Positions 7,945-16,891 of a DNA stretch of 64,000 nucleotides are shown here, one piece after another. The DNA lies in IMG/VR virus record IMGVR_UViG_3300017917_000095, positions 1 to 64,000 of that record; one strand, given 5' to 3'. The notes beneath the pieces were generated by a model, which had not been told where the DNA came from, did no database searches, and worked only from the letters and a program-made list of their open reading frames with translations. The stretch's first letter is position 1. The number at the start of each line of letters is the position of its first letter. This stretch comes from a virus. A program made the translations under genes and the position numbers.

Positions 7945-10017
7945 TTATTCTATGTCAACTGATGTATTGTATGATGTAAAGCCGTTTTCTTTCACAACTT
8001 TCAGAACGTTAGGTACACGACCTGCAAGTTCTTCACGGTGTGACACAAGCCAAATAGACTTTTGACGCCGGCGACTCATATCTTTCAGAATTGCTAACGC
8101 ATTCTCAACACCGATCGTGTCGAGACCTGAGTCAATCAATTCGTCAATGAACAACGTATTGATAGGTGTGTACAATGATTCCCAAACGTCACGGAAAGCA
8201 AATGATAGACCTAAGATCAATCGATTACGTTCACCGCGACTCAAGTTATCAAAGTCAAGTTCACGACCTAATTCAGTGATTTCAACTGACAAGTCATTCT
8301 TGAAAACAACTTGATGTGGTAGACCAATCTTATCTAAGTAGTGAGTCAATCGTGTGTTCAAGTAACTCAGGTTCTGGTCAATGATCTTCTTACGAACGAA
8401 CGAATCTTTGCTAGTCAACAAGTCAAGTAAGAACTTTTGATGATCCATAGTCTTGGTTAATTCATTGATCTTGTCAAACTTTACTTCTTGAAGTGCTTGA
8501 GCTTCCATGTCTTGAATTTGTTCTTGATACGGATCAGCTTCCTGCGCTTTGCTCTCAATTTGTGATAGTAACGATGAAACCCTACTTCTATGTTCGACTG
8601 CTTGTGACTCTGAATCGTAATGAGTAACCGGACGCTTGCCAAGATTGACGCTAGGCGTATCAAAAAGTTGTTCACTAAAGGGGTTATTCTCGCTGGATTT
8701 CTCTGCAATCTGCTTTTTGATGTTATCAATTTCCGTTGACTGACGGACAGCCTCAGCTTCTGTCTTATAATGTGTAACAGGTTTGTCTCCTAATGTGATA
8801 GGTCTAGCAAGCATTTCATCAAGTTGGAATTTCAAATCATCTAAGTGACTCTTACTAGTATTCCATAGCTCAACTTTGGCATTTAGTACGCTAGTGTGTT
8901 GGTCATCATGGAAGTCTTGACCACAAGCATAACACTTGTGTTCCTTTAGAGTTTCAACTTCTGCTGTCAACTTCTCATAGTTCTTATCTTCTTTGATAAT
9001 GTCTTTTCGCAGACTTTCAATCTTGCCATCATACAAGGCTTTCAACTGCACTTGTTTGATATACTCAGCTAAGTCTTTGTGTGCTTGCAATTCAGCGTCA
9101 AAGTCAATGTGACTCAACTCATCCATTTTCAATTGTAAGGCAGCGATATCTTTATCTTGCTTTTGCATCCATGCTGTTTGTCGTGCAATCAGTGCAGTGT
9201 ATGCGTCATGCTGTTGCTTTTGTTGATTCCAAACTACTAGATCCTTATGTGCTTGAAGTTCAACATCAATGTCTATCTTGCTAAGGTCATCATACTCGAT
9301 AACCAAATTACTCAAATCTTCATCGTGTTTCTTTTGCCACAGCATCTGACGGCGCTTGATAGCATCAATCTGTTCTTTGACTCGCTTGTTAGCTTCTTCA
9401 ACTGCTTTGATGCGGAATTCTTCTTGTTGGATCTCGTCTTTAGATTGACGAATCAAATCTTTGACCACCTCTGCTTTCTCTGAAAGCAATGTGATACCCA
9501 ACATCTGTTCAATAATGTCCTTCTGCTCGTTGTTCTTCAACGCAAGGAATGGTTCACTATAGGTGTTCAACACAACGATGTGACGGAACATGTCAACAGA
9601 CATGTTGATAACTCGCTCAATGTGTGCTTGTGTTTCTTTGTTCTCACCTTGTTGGTCTTCAGTAGCTTTTGACTGAATATCATTAACATAGAACTTCAGA
9701 ACGTTTGGCTTACGACCACGCTCAATCTTGTAGTTTGTACCGTTGATACTAAACTCTAAGGTCACTAACATGCCTTTGGCATTAGTGCGATTGACTAGAT
9801 TGTCCTTACGAATGTTGTTGATGGGTACGCCAAACAGTGCATAGCATAAACCCTGAATCAATGTGGTTTTACCAGTACCATTTCTAGCACCGTCACCACC
9901 TAAGTCTAAGTTTTCTCCTAAAATCAGTGTAATGTCTTTCTTGTCAAAGTCAACTGCTTGGGTTACTTGACCGATACTGAGGAAGTTTCTTAGTGTAATG
10001 TTTTTTAGTGTAAGCAT
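7945..10017 (-). CDS. gp46: Recombination endonuclease ATPase subunit (gp46 / SbcC / Rad50-like)
   Basis: RNFLSIG, Walker A GARNGTGKTT, zinc hook CYAC, signature LSRGE, Walker B LFIDE, H-loop VSH. Confidence 0.95.
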   Translation of the reverse strand: MLTLKNITLRNFLSIGQVTQAVDFDKKDITLILGENLDLGGDGARNGTGKTTLIQGLCYALFGVPINNIRKDNLVNRTNAKGMLVTLEFSINGTNYKIERGRKPNVLKFYVNDIQSKATEDQQGENKETQAHIERVINMSVDMFRHIVVLNTYSEPFLALKNNEQKDIIEQMLGITLLSEKAEVVKDLIRQSKDEIQQEEFRIKAVEEANKRVKEQIDAIKRRQMLWQKKHDEDLSNLVIEYDDLSKIDIDVELQAHKDLVVWNQQKQQHDAYTALIARQTAWMQKQDKDIAALQLKMDELSHIDFDAELQAHKDLAEYIKQVQLKALYDGKIESLRKDIIKEDKNYEKLTAEVETLKEHKCYACGQDFHDDQHTSVLNAKVELWNTSKSHLDDLKFQLDEMLARPITLGDKPVTHYKTEAEAVRQSTEIDNIKKQIAEKSSENNPFSEQLFDTPSVNLGKRPVTHYDSESQAVEHRSRVSSLLSQIESKAQEADPYQEQIQDMEAQALQEVKFDKINELTKTMDHQKFLLDLLTSKDSFVRKKIIDQNLSYLNTRLTHYLDKIGLPHQVVFKNDLSVEITELGRELDFDNLSRGERNRLILGLSFAFRDVWESLYTPINTLFIDELIDSGLDTIGVENALAILKDMSRRRQKSIWLVSHREELAGRVPNVLKVVKENGFTSYNTSVDIE

Positions 10018-10040
10018 CTTTTTTTATTTCGTAATCCTGT

Positions 10041-10069
10041 ATTATAATCGAAAGAGTTATGAGTGTCAT
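10041..10069 (-). promoter_or_regulatory. Sigma70-type promoter for gp46 (ATGACA-N17-TATAAT)
   Basis: The minus strand reads ATGACA ctcataactctttcgat TATAAT, ending about 23 nt before the gp46 ATG. Confidence 0.6.
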
Positions 10070-10701
10070 GCCATTTCGGCTATCCATGCCTCTACTTCAT
10101 CGTAGTTTGTAAAAACTCTCTTTTTGTAGTCAGGCAATTTACTAGTGTGACTCTCAACTTGAACGTTGTGTAGGTTTAGCTCCGGAATACTAAACGGTGC
10201 ATCAAAGTCCTCATAGAACATTGTATAGGTTTGATATCCTACTGTATATTTTTCCCAAAGAGCCTGGTTTTCTTTTTGTATGTCCATGTATTCTTGAACT
10301 ACGGACTTCGCTATAGTCACTTTATTGGTTGCTATAAACTTGTAGAAACCCATAGTGTTCGGACTATCAGTGAACTTTTCAAAATTATGAAAGCCTGAAC
10401 CTACAAACTCTTTTAGTTGCAAACTTAAAAACTGTTCACATAGATTTCTTCTAATGCATCTGAATACAAAAGGATTGTTATATAAATGCAGGTCAGCTAA
10501 CGTCTTAGGGAAGTGTGTGTTCAGCATCAACTGATTGCTAGGTATGTCTTCCCATAGAACCGTATCATTGTCAATTCTATACTGTTTGTCATCTATACAG
10601 AAGAATTGCCTGTTTAATTTAGTCGCCATGAACTTTGAAAATCCGGTACCCCCTGACCGAGCTTCTCTGTAAATCCATATGTCTCTTGTAGTTATGTCCA
10701 T
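10066..10701 (-). CDS. Stf0-like sulfotransferase
   Basis: N-terminal 5'-phosphosulfate loop IYREARSGGT, 3'-phosphate motif IRRNLCEQFLS, and the later FYED motif. Confidence 0.7.
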   Translation of the reverse strand: MDITTRDIWIYREARSGGTGFSKFMATKLNRQFFCIDDKQYRIDNDTVLWEDIPSNQLMLNTHFPKTLADLHLYNNPFVFRCIRRNLCEQFLSLQLKEFVGSGFHNFEKFTDSPNTMGFYKFIATNKVTIAKSVVQEYMDIQKENQALWEKYTVGYQTYTMFYEDFDAPFSIPELNLHNVQVESHTSKLPDYKKRVFTNYDEVEAWIAEMA

Positions 10702-10708
10702 TTGATAT

Positions 10709-11371
10709 TCAACACGTTGTATCAGCCATCCACTCAGCTAGTTTGTCTCTGAGTCCTTGTCTGTCAATCTGTATTTCCCTTAACTGTCGCATCCAGATAG
10801 AGATTTGATTGTAGTTAGGAAATACGTCATGCTTGTAGTCAGGCAATTTGTACGTAGCCACGATATCAGTCTCAATCCCCGGATTGAGACGGCTCAAATC
10901 TAGTTCGGGTATGTCGAATGATTTCGAAAACGCATCCTCGTACCAGATTCGTGTGTATGGTATGTTGTACTTTGCAGTAGTTTCTAAAAACTTGAGTTCG
11001 AGGTTAATCTTTTTATCGAGGTACAATTGTACATCAGACAAGATAACAGGAATAGTAGATTCTTTGATCCTGTCCCAAATAGGATTAGTGGGTTCTTCTG
11101 GTTTTAGGTTTGTAAACTTGAACCCTGCACTAACCGCAGCACTGATACTCAAAAAGTGCTCTGTCAGATTTCTTCGGTCGATACGAATCACGAACGCTTT
11201 TGGGTCATTCTTAATGATAGTATCTAATATAGAGAAGTCATGGGTATCATGGTATATTTCAGAATTGATATGGACACCCCAACGCTCAGTAACTTTATTG
11301 CCGATATATGATGAAAGGAAGGTTCCACCGCATCTAGCTTCTCGTAGTACATATATTTTTTTATCAAACAT
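10709..11371 (-). CDS. Stf0-like sulfotransferase (paralog of the adjacent gene)
   Basis: VLREARCGGT, DRRNLTEHFLS and WYED motifs. Shares KLPDYK..VF.NY with the neighbouring gene. Confidence 0.7.
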   Translation of the reverse strand: MFDKKIYVLREARCGGTFLSSYIGNKVTERWGVHINSEIYHDTHDFSILDTIIKNDPKAFVIRIDRRNLTEHFLSISAAVSAGFKFTNLKPEEPTNPIWDRIKESTIPVILSDVQLYLDKKINLELKFLETTAKYNIPYTRIWYEDAFSKSFDIPELDLSRLNPGIETDIVATYKLPDYKHDVFPNYNQISIWMRQLREIQIDRQGLRDKLAEWMADTTC

Positions 11372-11372
11372 A

Positions 11373-12389
11373 TCACAAGGTGTTGTAAATGTCTAACAAA
11401 ATCTTCTTGTCGAATGAGTTAGACTCGATTGCATTGATCTGGTCGATGATGATTTGGTCAACAGATTCAAATTTTAGACCATCTGTGTTTTGTGCAGTAT
11501 CACCTGGCTCACCCTTAACTGGAATCAGAACCATTTCACGTAGTTTGTATTCAGGTAGCCATGTTTCACGCAAGAAGTTAGCCTCTTCATAGCTAATTTC
11601 AATATCCAGATGCACACGAACGTGACTGTCAATCAATAACAATCCTTCTGGATGCTCAATCACATCACTGAGTTTATGCACACGGAATACAGGCTGACGA
11701 GGCCATGTCTTGAACACTGGTTCTTGATCCCATTCTAAGATCATCATACCACGTGCATCATCACCTGCATCTGCGTAGTTATGTGGGAACGCATTGCCAA
11801 TATACCACACGTTGCCCTTTGCTTGACGTTTGTGAAAGTGACCGCTGAACACTTTTTCGAAATTGCGAACATGGTCATTATTGAGTTCACCGTGATCGGG
11901 CATCTCAACCATGGCATTCATGAAGTAGCCAGGTAGTTCAAAATGCCCAAACATATACTTCCCGCTCATTTTTTGTAGCTTCTTGTAATCGTCTCCAACT
12001 AGCCACGGCGCAATAACGACTTGTCCCTCATTGAAGAAATCATTAATAACTTTAACGTTGGGAAGATGTTTCGCCCATTCAACGCTATGAATATCGCGGC
12101 GATCACGATAGTAGAGGTCATGATTACCAGGGATAAAGTAGACAGTATCGAATGCAGCATTTAATTTCTCCAGTGCTTGTAGACCAAACTGTAGTGTGTG
12201 TATGTTGATACTTGCACGGTGATGATTCCAATCACCCAAGAAGAAGCAGGTCTCGCAACCCTCTTTCTTTGCAGTTTCAATAAACCAATCTACAAAATTG
12301 GCACAGTCTTGATTATGTTGTAGGCTGTTAGACTTCAATCCAAAGTGAATGTCAGTGAACACAGCGGCTTTTTTGAAAAGATTACTCAT
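11373..12389 (-). CDS. gp47: Recombination endonuclease nuclease subunit (gp47 / SbcD / Mre11-like)
   Basis: Metallophosphoesterase motifs FTDIHFG, LGDW, PGNHD, GHFE and SGHFH. Start at ATG 12389 (MSNLFKK). Confidence 0.95.
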   Translation of the reverse strand: MSNLFKKAAVFTDIHFGLKSNSLQHNQDCANFVDWFIETAKKEGCETCFFLGDWNHHRASINIHTLQFGLQALEKLNAAFDTVYFIPGNHDLYYRDRRDIHSVEWAKHLPNVKVINDFFNEGQVVIAPWLVGDDYKKLQKMSGKYMFGHFELPGYFMNAMVEMPDHGELNNDHVRNFEKVFSGHFHKRQAKGNVWYIGNAFPHNYADAGDDARGMMILEWDQEPVFKTWPRQPVFRVHKLSDVIEHPEGLLLIDSHVRVHLDIEISYEEANFLRETWLPEYKLREMVLIPVKGEPGDTAQNTDGLKFESVDQIIIDQINAIESNSFDKKILLDIYNTL

Positions 12390-12395
12390 AGATTG

Positions 12396-12425
12396 ATTAT
12401 AAAGGAATAGGGAGTGCAAAAGCAA
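12396..12425 (-). promoter_or_regulatory. Sigma70-type promoter for gp47 (TTGCTT-N18-TATAAT), with an inverted repeat over the -35 box
   Basis: The minus strand reads gggagTTGCTTttgcactccctattccttTATAATcaatctATG. The -10 box ends 6 nt before the ATG. Confidence 0.6.
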
Positions 12426-12443
12426 CTCCCCTGGTTAAATTGA

Positions 12444-13352
12444 TTATTCTTCGTAAACGGTTGAACTAGATCCAGAACCTTGTCTAGACCAACTTGGATT
12501 CAACCCATTCAACTCTAAAATGTCATCCCGTATGTTCTGGTTACGCTTTTCAGTGTTCAGTACCCGACAGAAGCTATTAGTGATAGCAGCCGTGTAATAA
12601 GCGAACGGGTTAGCAGATTTGGCTTCGTTGAATCGTAAACCTACGTAAGTCAGTTGAAGAATAGCACTGTTACGCATTTCATCATTGTATGTATAGCCAC
12701 GCCAATTGTATTTCATTGCGTACTTTTCACACATCATGATGTACATTCGGGCTAGTTTGTTTGTAATCTGCCCATGATCTTTTGTGAAGTATCCCTCTGT
12801 CAGCCCACCTGTCCAATGACTCTTGCCTACACAATAGAATGAATTGTTCTCGTCAATCTTGTAATGTTGGAACGGAGGGAAATTGACTTTGACATGCACC
12901 ATGTCATCGACTTCGGCTTTGGTTGTAGTATCTTCTAAGTCAGCAAAAATTTCGTCAGGATCAACTTCCTCGAACTCGAAAATGTCTTTTGCTGTTTTCT
13001 TTTTGACTGTTTTTCTAGGTTGTTTCTGTGAAACCGGGACATGATCCCAAGTCATAATACGAAACATCAAGTCAGTGACTGGGATAGATAATGGATCAGT
13101 TGTTCCCTTTGCTAGTCCTTGCTCTATATCTAATCTAGCTGCCCTAGTCTCACGGGCTTGTTGAATTATTTCAGGGGAGAACGCATGTTCGAATGACTTT
13201 TCTAGAGGTTCTTGAGGCATGTCTACGATGTAATCGTACTGATGATATTCAGGTTTAGTGAAGTAACAATACGTTGTTTTGCTTTCGTGAATCTCTTTTA
13301 GAATGTCTTTGTTGTTAAGGTAATTAACCGGTTTTTTAGATGGTAAACTCAT
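12444..13352 (-). CDS. gp55: T4-like late transcription sigma factor
   Basis: VNYLNNKDILKEI, NWRGYTYNDEM and FNEAKSANPFAYYTAAITNSFCRVLNTEK motifs. AAGGA RBS before ATG 13352. Confidence 0.92.
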   Translation of the reverse strand: MSLPSKKPVNYLNNKDILKEIHESKTTYCYFTKPEYHQYDYIVDMPQEPLEKSFEHAFSPEIIQQARETRAARLDIEQGLAKGTTDPLSIPVTDLMFRIMTWDHVPVSQKQPRKTVKKKTAKDIFEFEEVDPDEIFADLEDTTTKAEVDDMVHVKVNFPPFQHYKIDENNSFYCVGKSHWTGGLTEGYFTKDHGQITNKLARMYIMMCEKYAMKYNWRGYTYNDEMRNSAILQLTYVGLRFNEAKSANPFAYYTAAITNSFCRVLNTEKRNQNIRDDILELNGLNPSWSRQGSGSSSTVYEE

Positions 13353-13376
13353 AGGGTCCTTGTAGTTATTTGCTGT

Positions 13377-13405
13377 AGAATAGCACAATCGTTGCTGAAA
13401 AGCAA
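13377..13405 (-). promoter_or_regulatory. Sigma70-type promoter for gp55 (TTGCTT-N17-TATTCT, with extended -10 TG)
   Basis: The minus strand reads gTTGCTTttcagcaacgattgtgcTATTCT. The -35 box lies inside the inverted repeat GTTGCT-gaaa-AGCAAC (13391-13406). Confidence 0.5.
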
Positions 13406-13437
13406 CACTTAGGGTTAGGAAAAGGTAAAAGACGCAC

Positions 13438-13458
13438 TATATTTATCAGATAAATATA
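13438..13458. promoter_or_regulatory. Palindromic back-to-back late promoters (GATAAATA on both strands)
   Basis: TATATTTATC-A-GATAAATATA is a perfect 10-bp inverted repeat between gp55 and the baseplate operon. Confidence 0.65.
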
Positions 13459-13474
13459 CATAAGGAAAACTATT

Positions 13475-14332
13475 ATGCCACTAGGACTACAAGGACAAAT
13501 AGATCAAACCCAACAGCAAGCGACTGCTCAGGACCAAGCTAATTTCTCACAATACAGAGATTGGCGTGTAATTCTCAGTCTGGCTCCTGAATCTTCCGGG
13601 TATCTATACAAGGCGCCCAATCCGGGCATTTTATCGCCACTGGCTTTGACGGATGGAGTGATCTTCCCTTATACTCCTCAAGTCGCAGTGCAATACTCTG
13701 CAAGTTATGATCCTACTGAAATAACGCATAGCAACTATAAGATTTTTCAATACAGATCAAGTTCAGTGGACTCGGTTTCTATAACTGGAGACTTCACTGC
13801 ACAGGACACATATGAAGCAAACTACATGCTTGCAGTGATTCACTTCTTTAGATCAATCACTAAGATGTTCTACGGTCAAGATCAGAACCCTAGAAACGGC
13901 ACCCCTCCACCATTGTGCTACTTGTACGGACTAGGGTCGTTTCAGTTCAATAAACACCCCCTAGCTATTACTGGATTTAATTATAGCTTACCCAATGATG
14001 TTGACTATATACGTGCTAACGTATCAAGTGTGGAGAATCCCGGGGCAGCTAGTGGTCAATACTCTAACAATCCTACTAACATAAGAACAGCATCTTCAGG
14101 TATAAGCCCAGGTGGTGTACCAAATCCCCCTCAATGGGCACTGAATCAAGCAAATAGTTCCGGCGCAGGCTCAGACGGTCCGACATACGTACCTACTAAA
14201 ATGCAAATACAAATCAATGCTATACCGATCATCAGTCGTAGAGACATTAGTGAAAACTTCAGCTTGGAGCAATATGCTTCAGGGAGATTGTTGCTTGGCT
14301 CTAATAATAATGCAGGCGGAGGTATCTGGTAA
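13475..14332 (+). CDS. Baseplate / tail-tube junction protein (gp48/gp54-like)
   Basis: GVIFPYTP, ISITGDFTAQ, GTPPP and LPNDVDY motifs typical of tube-initiator proteins. First gene of the baseplate operon. Confidence 0.6.
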   Translation: MPLGLQGQIDQTQQQATAQDQANFSQYRDWRVILSLAPESSGYLYKAPNPGILSPLALTDGVIFPYTPQVAVQYSASYDPTEITHSNYKIFQYRSSSVDSVSITGDFTAQDTYEANYMLAVIHFFRSITKMFYGQDQNPRNGTPPPLCYLYGLGSFQFNKHPLAITGFNYSLPNDVDYIRANVSSVENPGAASGQYSNNPTNIRTASSGISPGGVPNPPQWALNQANSSGAGSDGPTYVPTKMQIQINAIPIISRRDISENFSLEQYASGRLLLGSNNNAGGGIW

Positions 14333-14649
14333 TGGCAACTACTAACAACGGCACATATCCAACAACCAGTCCTTACTATATGACTGATGTTGTCAACAAG
14401 AAATTCTTGGATGTAATGACAAATCGCACTGTACCTGCATTGAGTTCAGATGTTTTCTGGGCTATTACTCCGGTATATGAATTCAGACCTGACTTGCTAG
14501 CATATGACTTGTATGCTGATAGTAGACTATGGTGGGTATTTGCACAACGAAACCCAAACAGACTTAAAGATCCGTATTTTGACTTTGTTGCTGGAGTAGA
14601 GATATACCTACCCAAGATGGATACACTAAAGAAAGCATTGGGCATTTAA
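14332..14649 (+). CDS. gp53: Baseplate wedge protein, gp53-like (LysM-like)
   Basis: YEFRPDLLAYDLYADSRLWWVFA..NP motif. Confidence 0.8.
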   Translation: MATTNNGTYPTTSPYYMTDVVNKKFLDVMTNRTVPALSSDVFWAITPVYEFRPDLLAYDLYADSRLWWVFAQRNPNRLKDPYFDFVAGVEIYLPKMDTLKKALGI

Positions 14650-14650
14650 T

Positions 14651-16891
14651 ATGGCAGAACCGATATACGATGCAATGGGTAACTTCACTGGGATGTACGC
14701 AGACGAGACTCCTGTGCAGCCGGCCCCTGCAACTGCTGATCCAGAAACATCAAATACTGGAACAACACAATCTGGATCATCGGGGTCAGACATAACTGGG
14801 TCTCTTGTTGGGATAAGACAGTACAATCCATTGAGTCGTTACTCAAGCTATACATACCAGATATCATTGTACATGATAACCCCGGATGCATATGATGAGT
14901 TTAACAATAGCGGTAGAAAAAACGTATTTCTAACAAACAACAGCAACAGAGAAGGTGCTGGAGCATATCTAATTGCACAAAGCGGTGGTATAGAAGATCC
15001 GTCATACAGAGCGCCCGGCTTCCATTTCGACTATTTCATCGACAACCTAACGATAACATCTGCTCTCAATGGATCGGGTTCAGGTGGTCCAACTAGTAAC
15101 GTTGACTTCACGTTTACGATAACAGAAGCATATGGCTTCTCATTCATCACGAATTTGAAACGAGCTAAACAAGCATTAGATCAGTATTCTAAAACACAAA
15201 ATATTAAAGAAAGTGTTAACGCTAGTAGGCAATTCTTCATTCTAGGGATCAAGTTCTTAGGTTATGATGCAGCAGGTGTTCCAATAACTCAGTCTAACCT
15301 TTTAGGAGATGAAACTGATCCTACGTTCCAACGCTTCTATGACATTCTATTGACTGACATAAAATTCAAAATTGACGGTAAGACGGTAGTTTATAACATC
15401 AAGGCAGCACCCAATGCGATTACAGCGGCAGCAGGGCAAAAACGAGGAGTTATTGATAAGGGTGCTAACCAACTATCAGGTAATACAGCAGGTGACATCC
15501 TCAATAAGCTAATGGCTAAAGTCACTAAAGACCAAGAAGATGATGTAAAAGCAAATAAGAGAGAATTTGCCAATACTTATTCAATTGAATTCTTCGGGGA
15601 TGCTGACCAAATTGCCGCTTCAACAATTGTTAGTTCTGCTGACTTAGACAAGATCAAATGGCCAATGGGCACCCCCACAGACAAGACAACAGTAAACGAT
15701 AGTCTTGCCATCAAAGCACAGCCCAATAGCAAAGAACGTATCATGGCATTCAACCGTGATACACCAATTCTACAAGCAATCACTAGCGTTATCAAACAAA
15801 GTGACTACTTGGTTAATGGTTTGAAAACAGTATATTCTACTGATACTGAACCCGATCCTAAAACTAATTCACAATCTGCCGAAAAGATTGATAGCAAAAA
15901 GAGATTAAAGTGGTTCAGTGTTGTTCCTAAGATTTCAAACACTAAGTTCGATACTAAACTGAAAGACTGGGTTTTTGATATCACATATCAAGTAAAAACC
16001 TACGAGATTCCTATTCTAAAATCAGCATATGCTGACAACACAACTCCGTACTATGGTGCAGTGAAGCGGTATGAGTACTGGTGGACAGGTAAGAACTCCG
16101 AAATCATCAAGTACGAACAAGCGATGAACAACACTTACTTCACGGTAGCATTATCCGGTGAAGATGCTTCTAGTGCTGCTACCGGTGGCAACGCACAAAT
16201 TCCAATGGTTGTTGGTAAGAGACAGAAAGCAGACCGTCTAGGTAAACTAGATGTAGGTATGGAAGCTCAGAACAGTGTTGTCACTGACATAACAGATCCA
16301 GGTGCATGGGCAGAAGCTAAAATTGAAATCTTAGGAGATCCTGATTGGTTATCTAATCCACAGCCTGCAGAAGGGGACGATAAATCATTCTATGGTCCTG
16401 ATGGATACACTATTGATGCTAGTGCCGGACAAATTTTCATCGAAATAAAATTCTTAGAAGCAGTTGATTACGATCACGGTAAAGGCGTCATGAACATCAA
16501 TGACAAGATTATGTTCTTTGATTATCCAGTTGCTGTAGTTAAACAATTAGATGGGGCAATTAGCTATCAAGTCGTTAACGTAAAGCATAGCTTTAGGGGT
16601 GGCAAGTTTACACAAGAATTGACATGTAACATAAACACTTTCCCTAACGTAGAAGGGCCTAAAATGTCCGAACAAGCACGTGAGGATGCAGCAAACGAAG
16701 ATTACAATGACACCGAGATGCAAAGATTGCAGAATAAATCAACTGGTCTTGCAACTGATCCTGCGTCTACTGGTGGATCAAGTGGTGCATCAAAGGCAGT
16801 TGAAACTCCGACACAGGGTCCAGATGATGATTTGAATGCAAGTAATCAATACACTGCAATGGGTGATTACGGCGGAGGCAGGGGAATTTAA
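14651..16891 (+). CDS. Baseplate hub protein (gp27 / late-control-D-like)
   Basis: Lies between gp53 and gp5. Motifs NPLSRYSSYTYQISL, IEILGDPDWL and YQVVNVKHSFRGGKFTQEL. Confidence 0.65.
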   Translation: MAEPIYDAMGNFTGMYADETPVQPAPATADPETSNTGTTQSGSSGSDITGSLVGIRQYNPLSRYSSYTYQISLYMITPDAYDEFNNSGRKNVFLTNNSNREGAGAYLIAQSGGIEDPSYRAPGFHFDYFIDNLTITSALNGSGSGGPTSNVDFTFTITEAYGFSFITNLKRAKQALDQYSKTQNIKESVNASRQFFILGIKFLGYDAAGVPITQSNLLGDETDPTFQRFYDILLTDIKFKIDGKTVVYNIKAAPNAITAAAGQKRGVIDKGANQLSGNTAGDILNKLMAKVTKDQEDDVKANKREFANTYSIEFFGDADQIAASTIVSSADLDKIKWPMGTPTDKTTVNDSLAIKAQPNSKERIMAFNRDTPILQAITSVIKQSDYLVNGLKTVYSTDTEPDPKTNSQSAEKIDSKKRLKWFSVVPKISNTKFDTKLKDWVFDITYQVKTYEIPILKSAYADNTTPYYGAVKRYEYWWTGKNSEIIKYEQAMNNTYFTVALSGEDASSAATGGNAQIPMVVGKRQKADRLGKLDVGMEAQNSVVTDITDPGAWAEAKIEILGDPDWLSNPQPAEGDDKSFYGPDGYTIDASAGQIFIEIKFLEAVDYDHGKGVMNINDKIMFFDYPVAVVKQLDGAISYQVVNVKHSFRGGKFTQELTCNINTFPNVEGPKMSEQAREDAANEDYNDTEMQRLQNKSTGLATDPASTGGSSGASKAVETPTQGPDDDLNASNQYTAMGDYGGGRGI

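Noticed and set aside
10848-11396. 182-aa plus-strand ORF
   Set aside because: Antisense to the sulfotransferase, which has clear family motifs and operon coupling.
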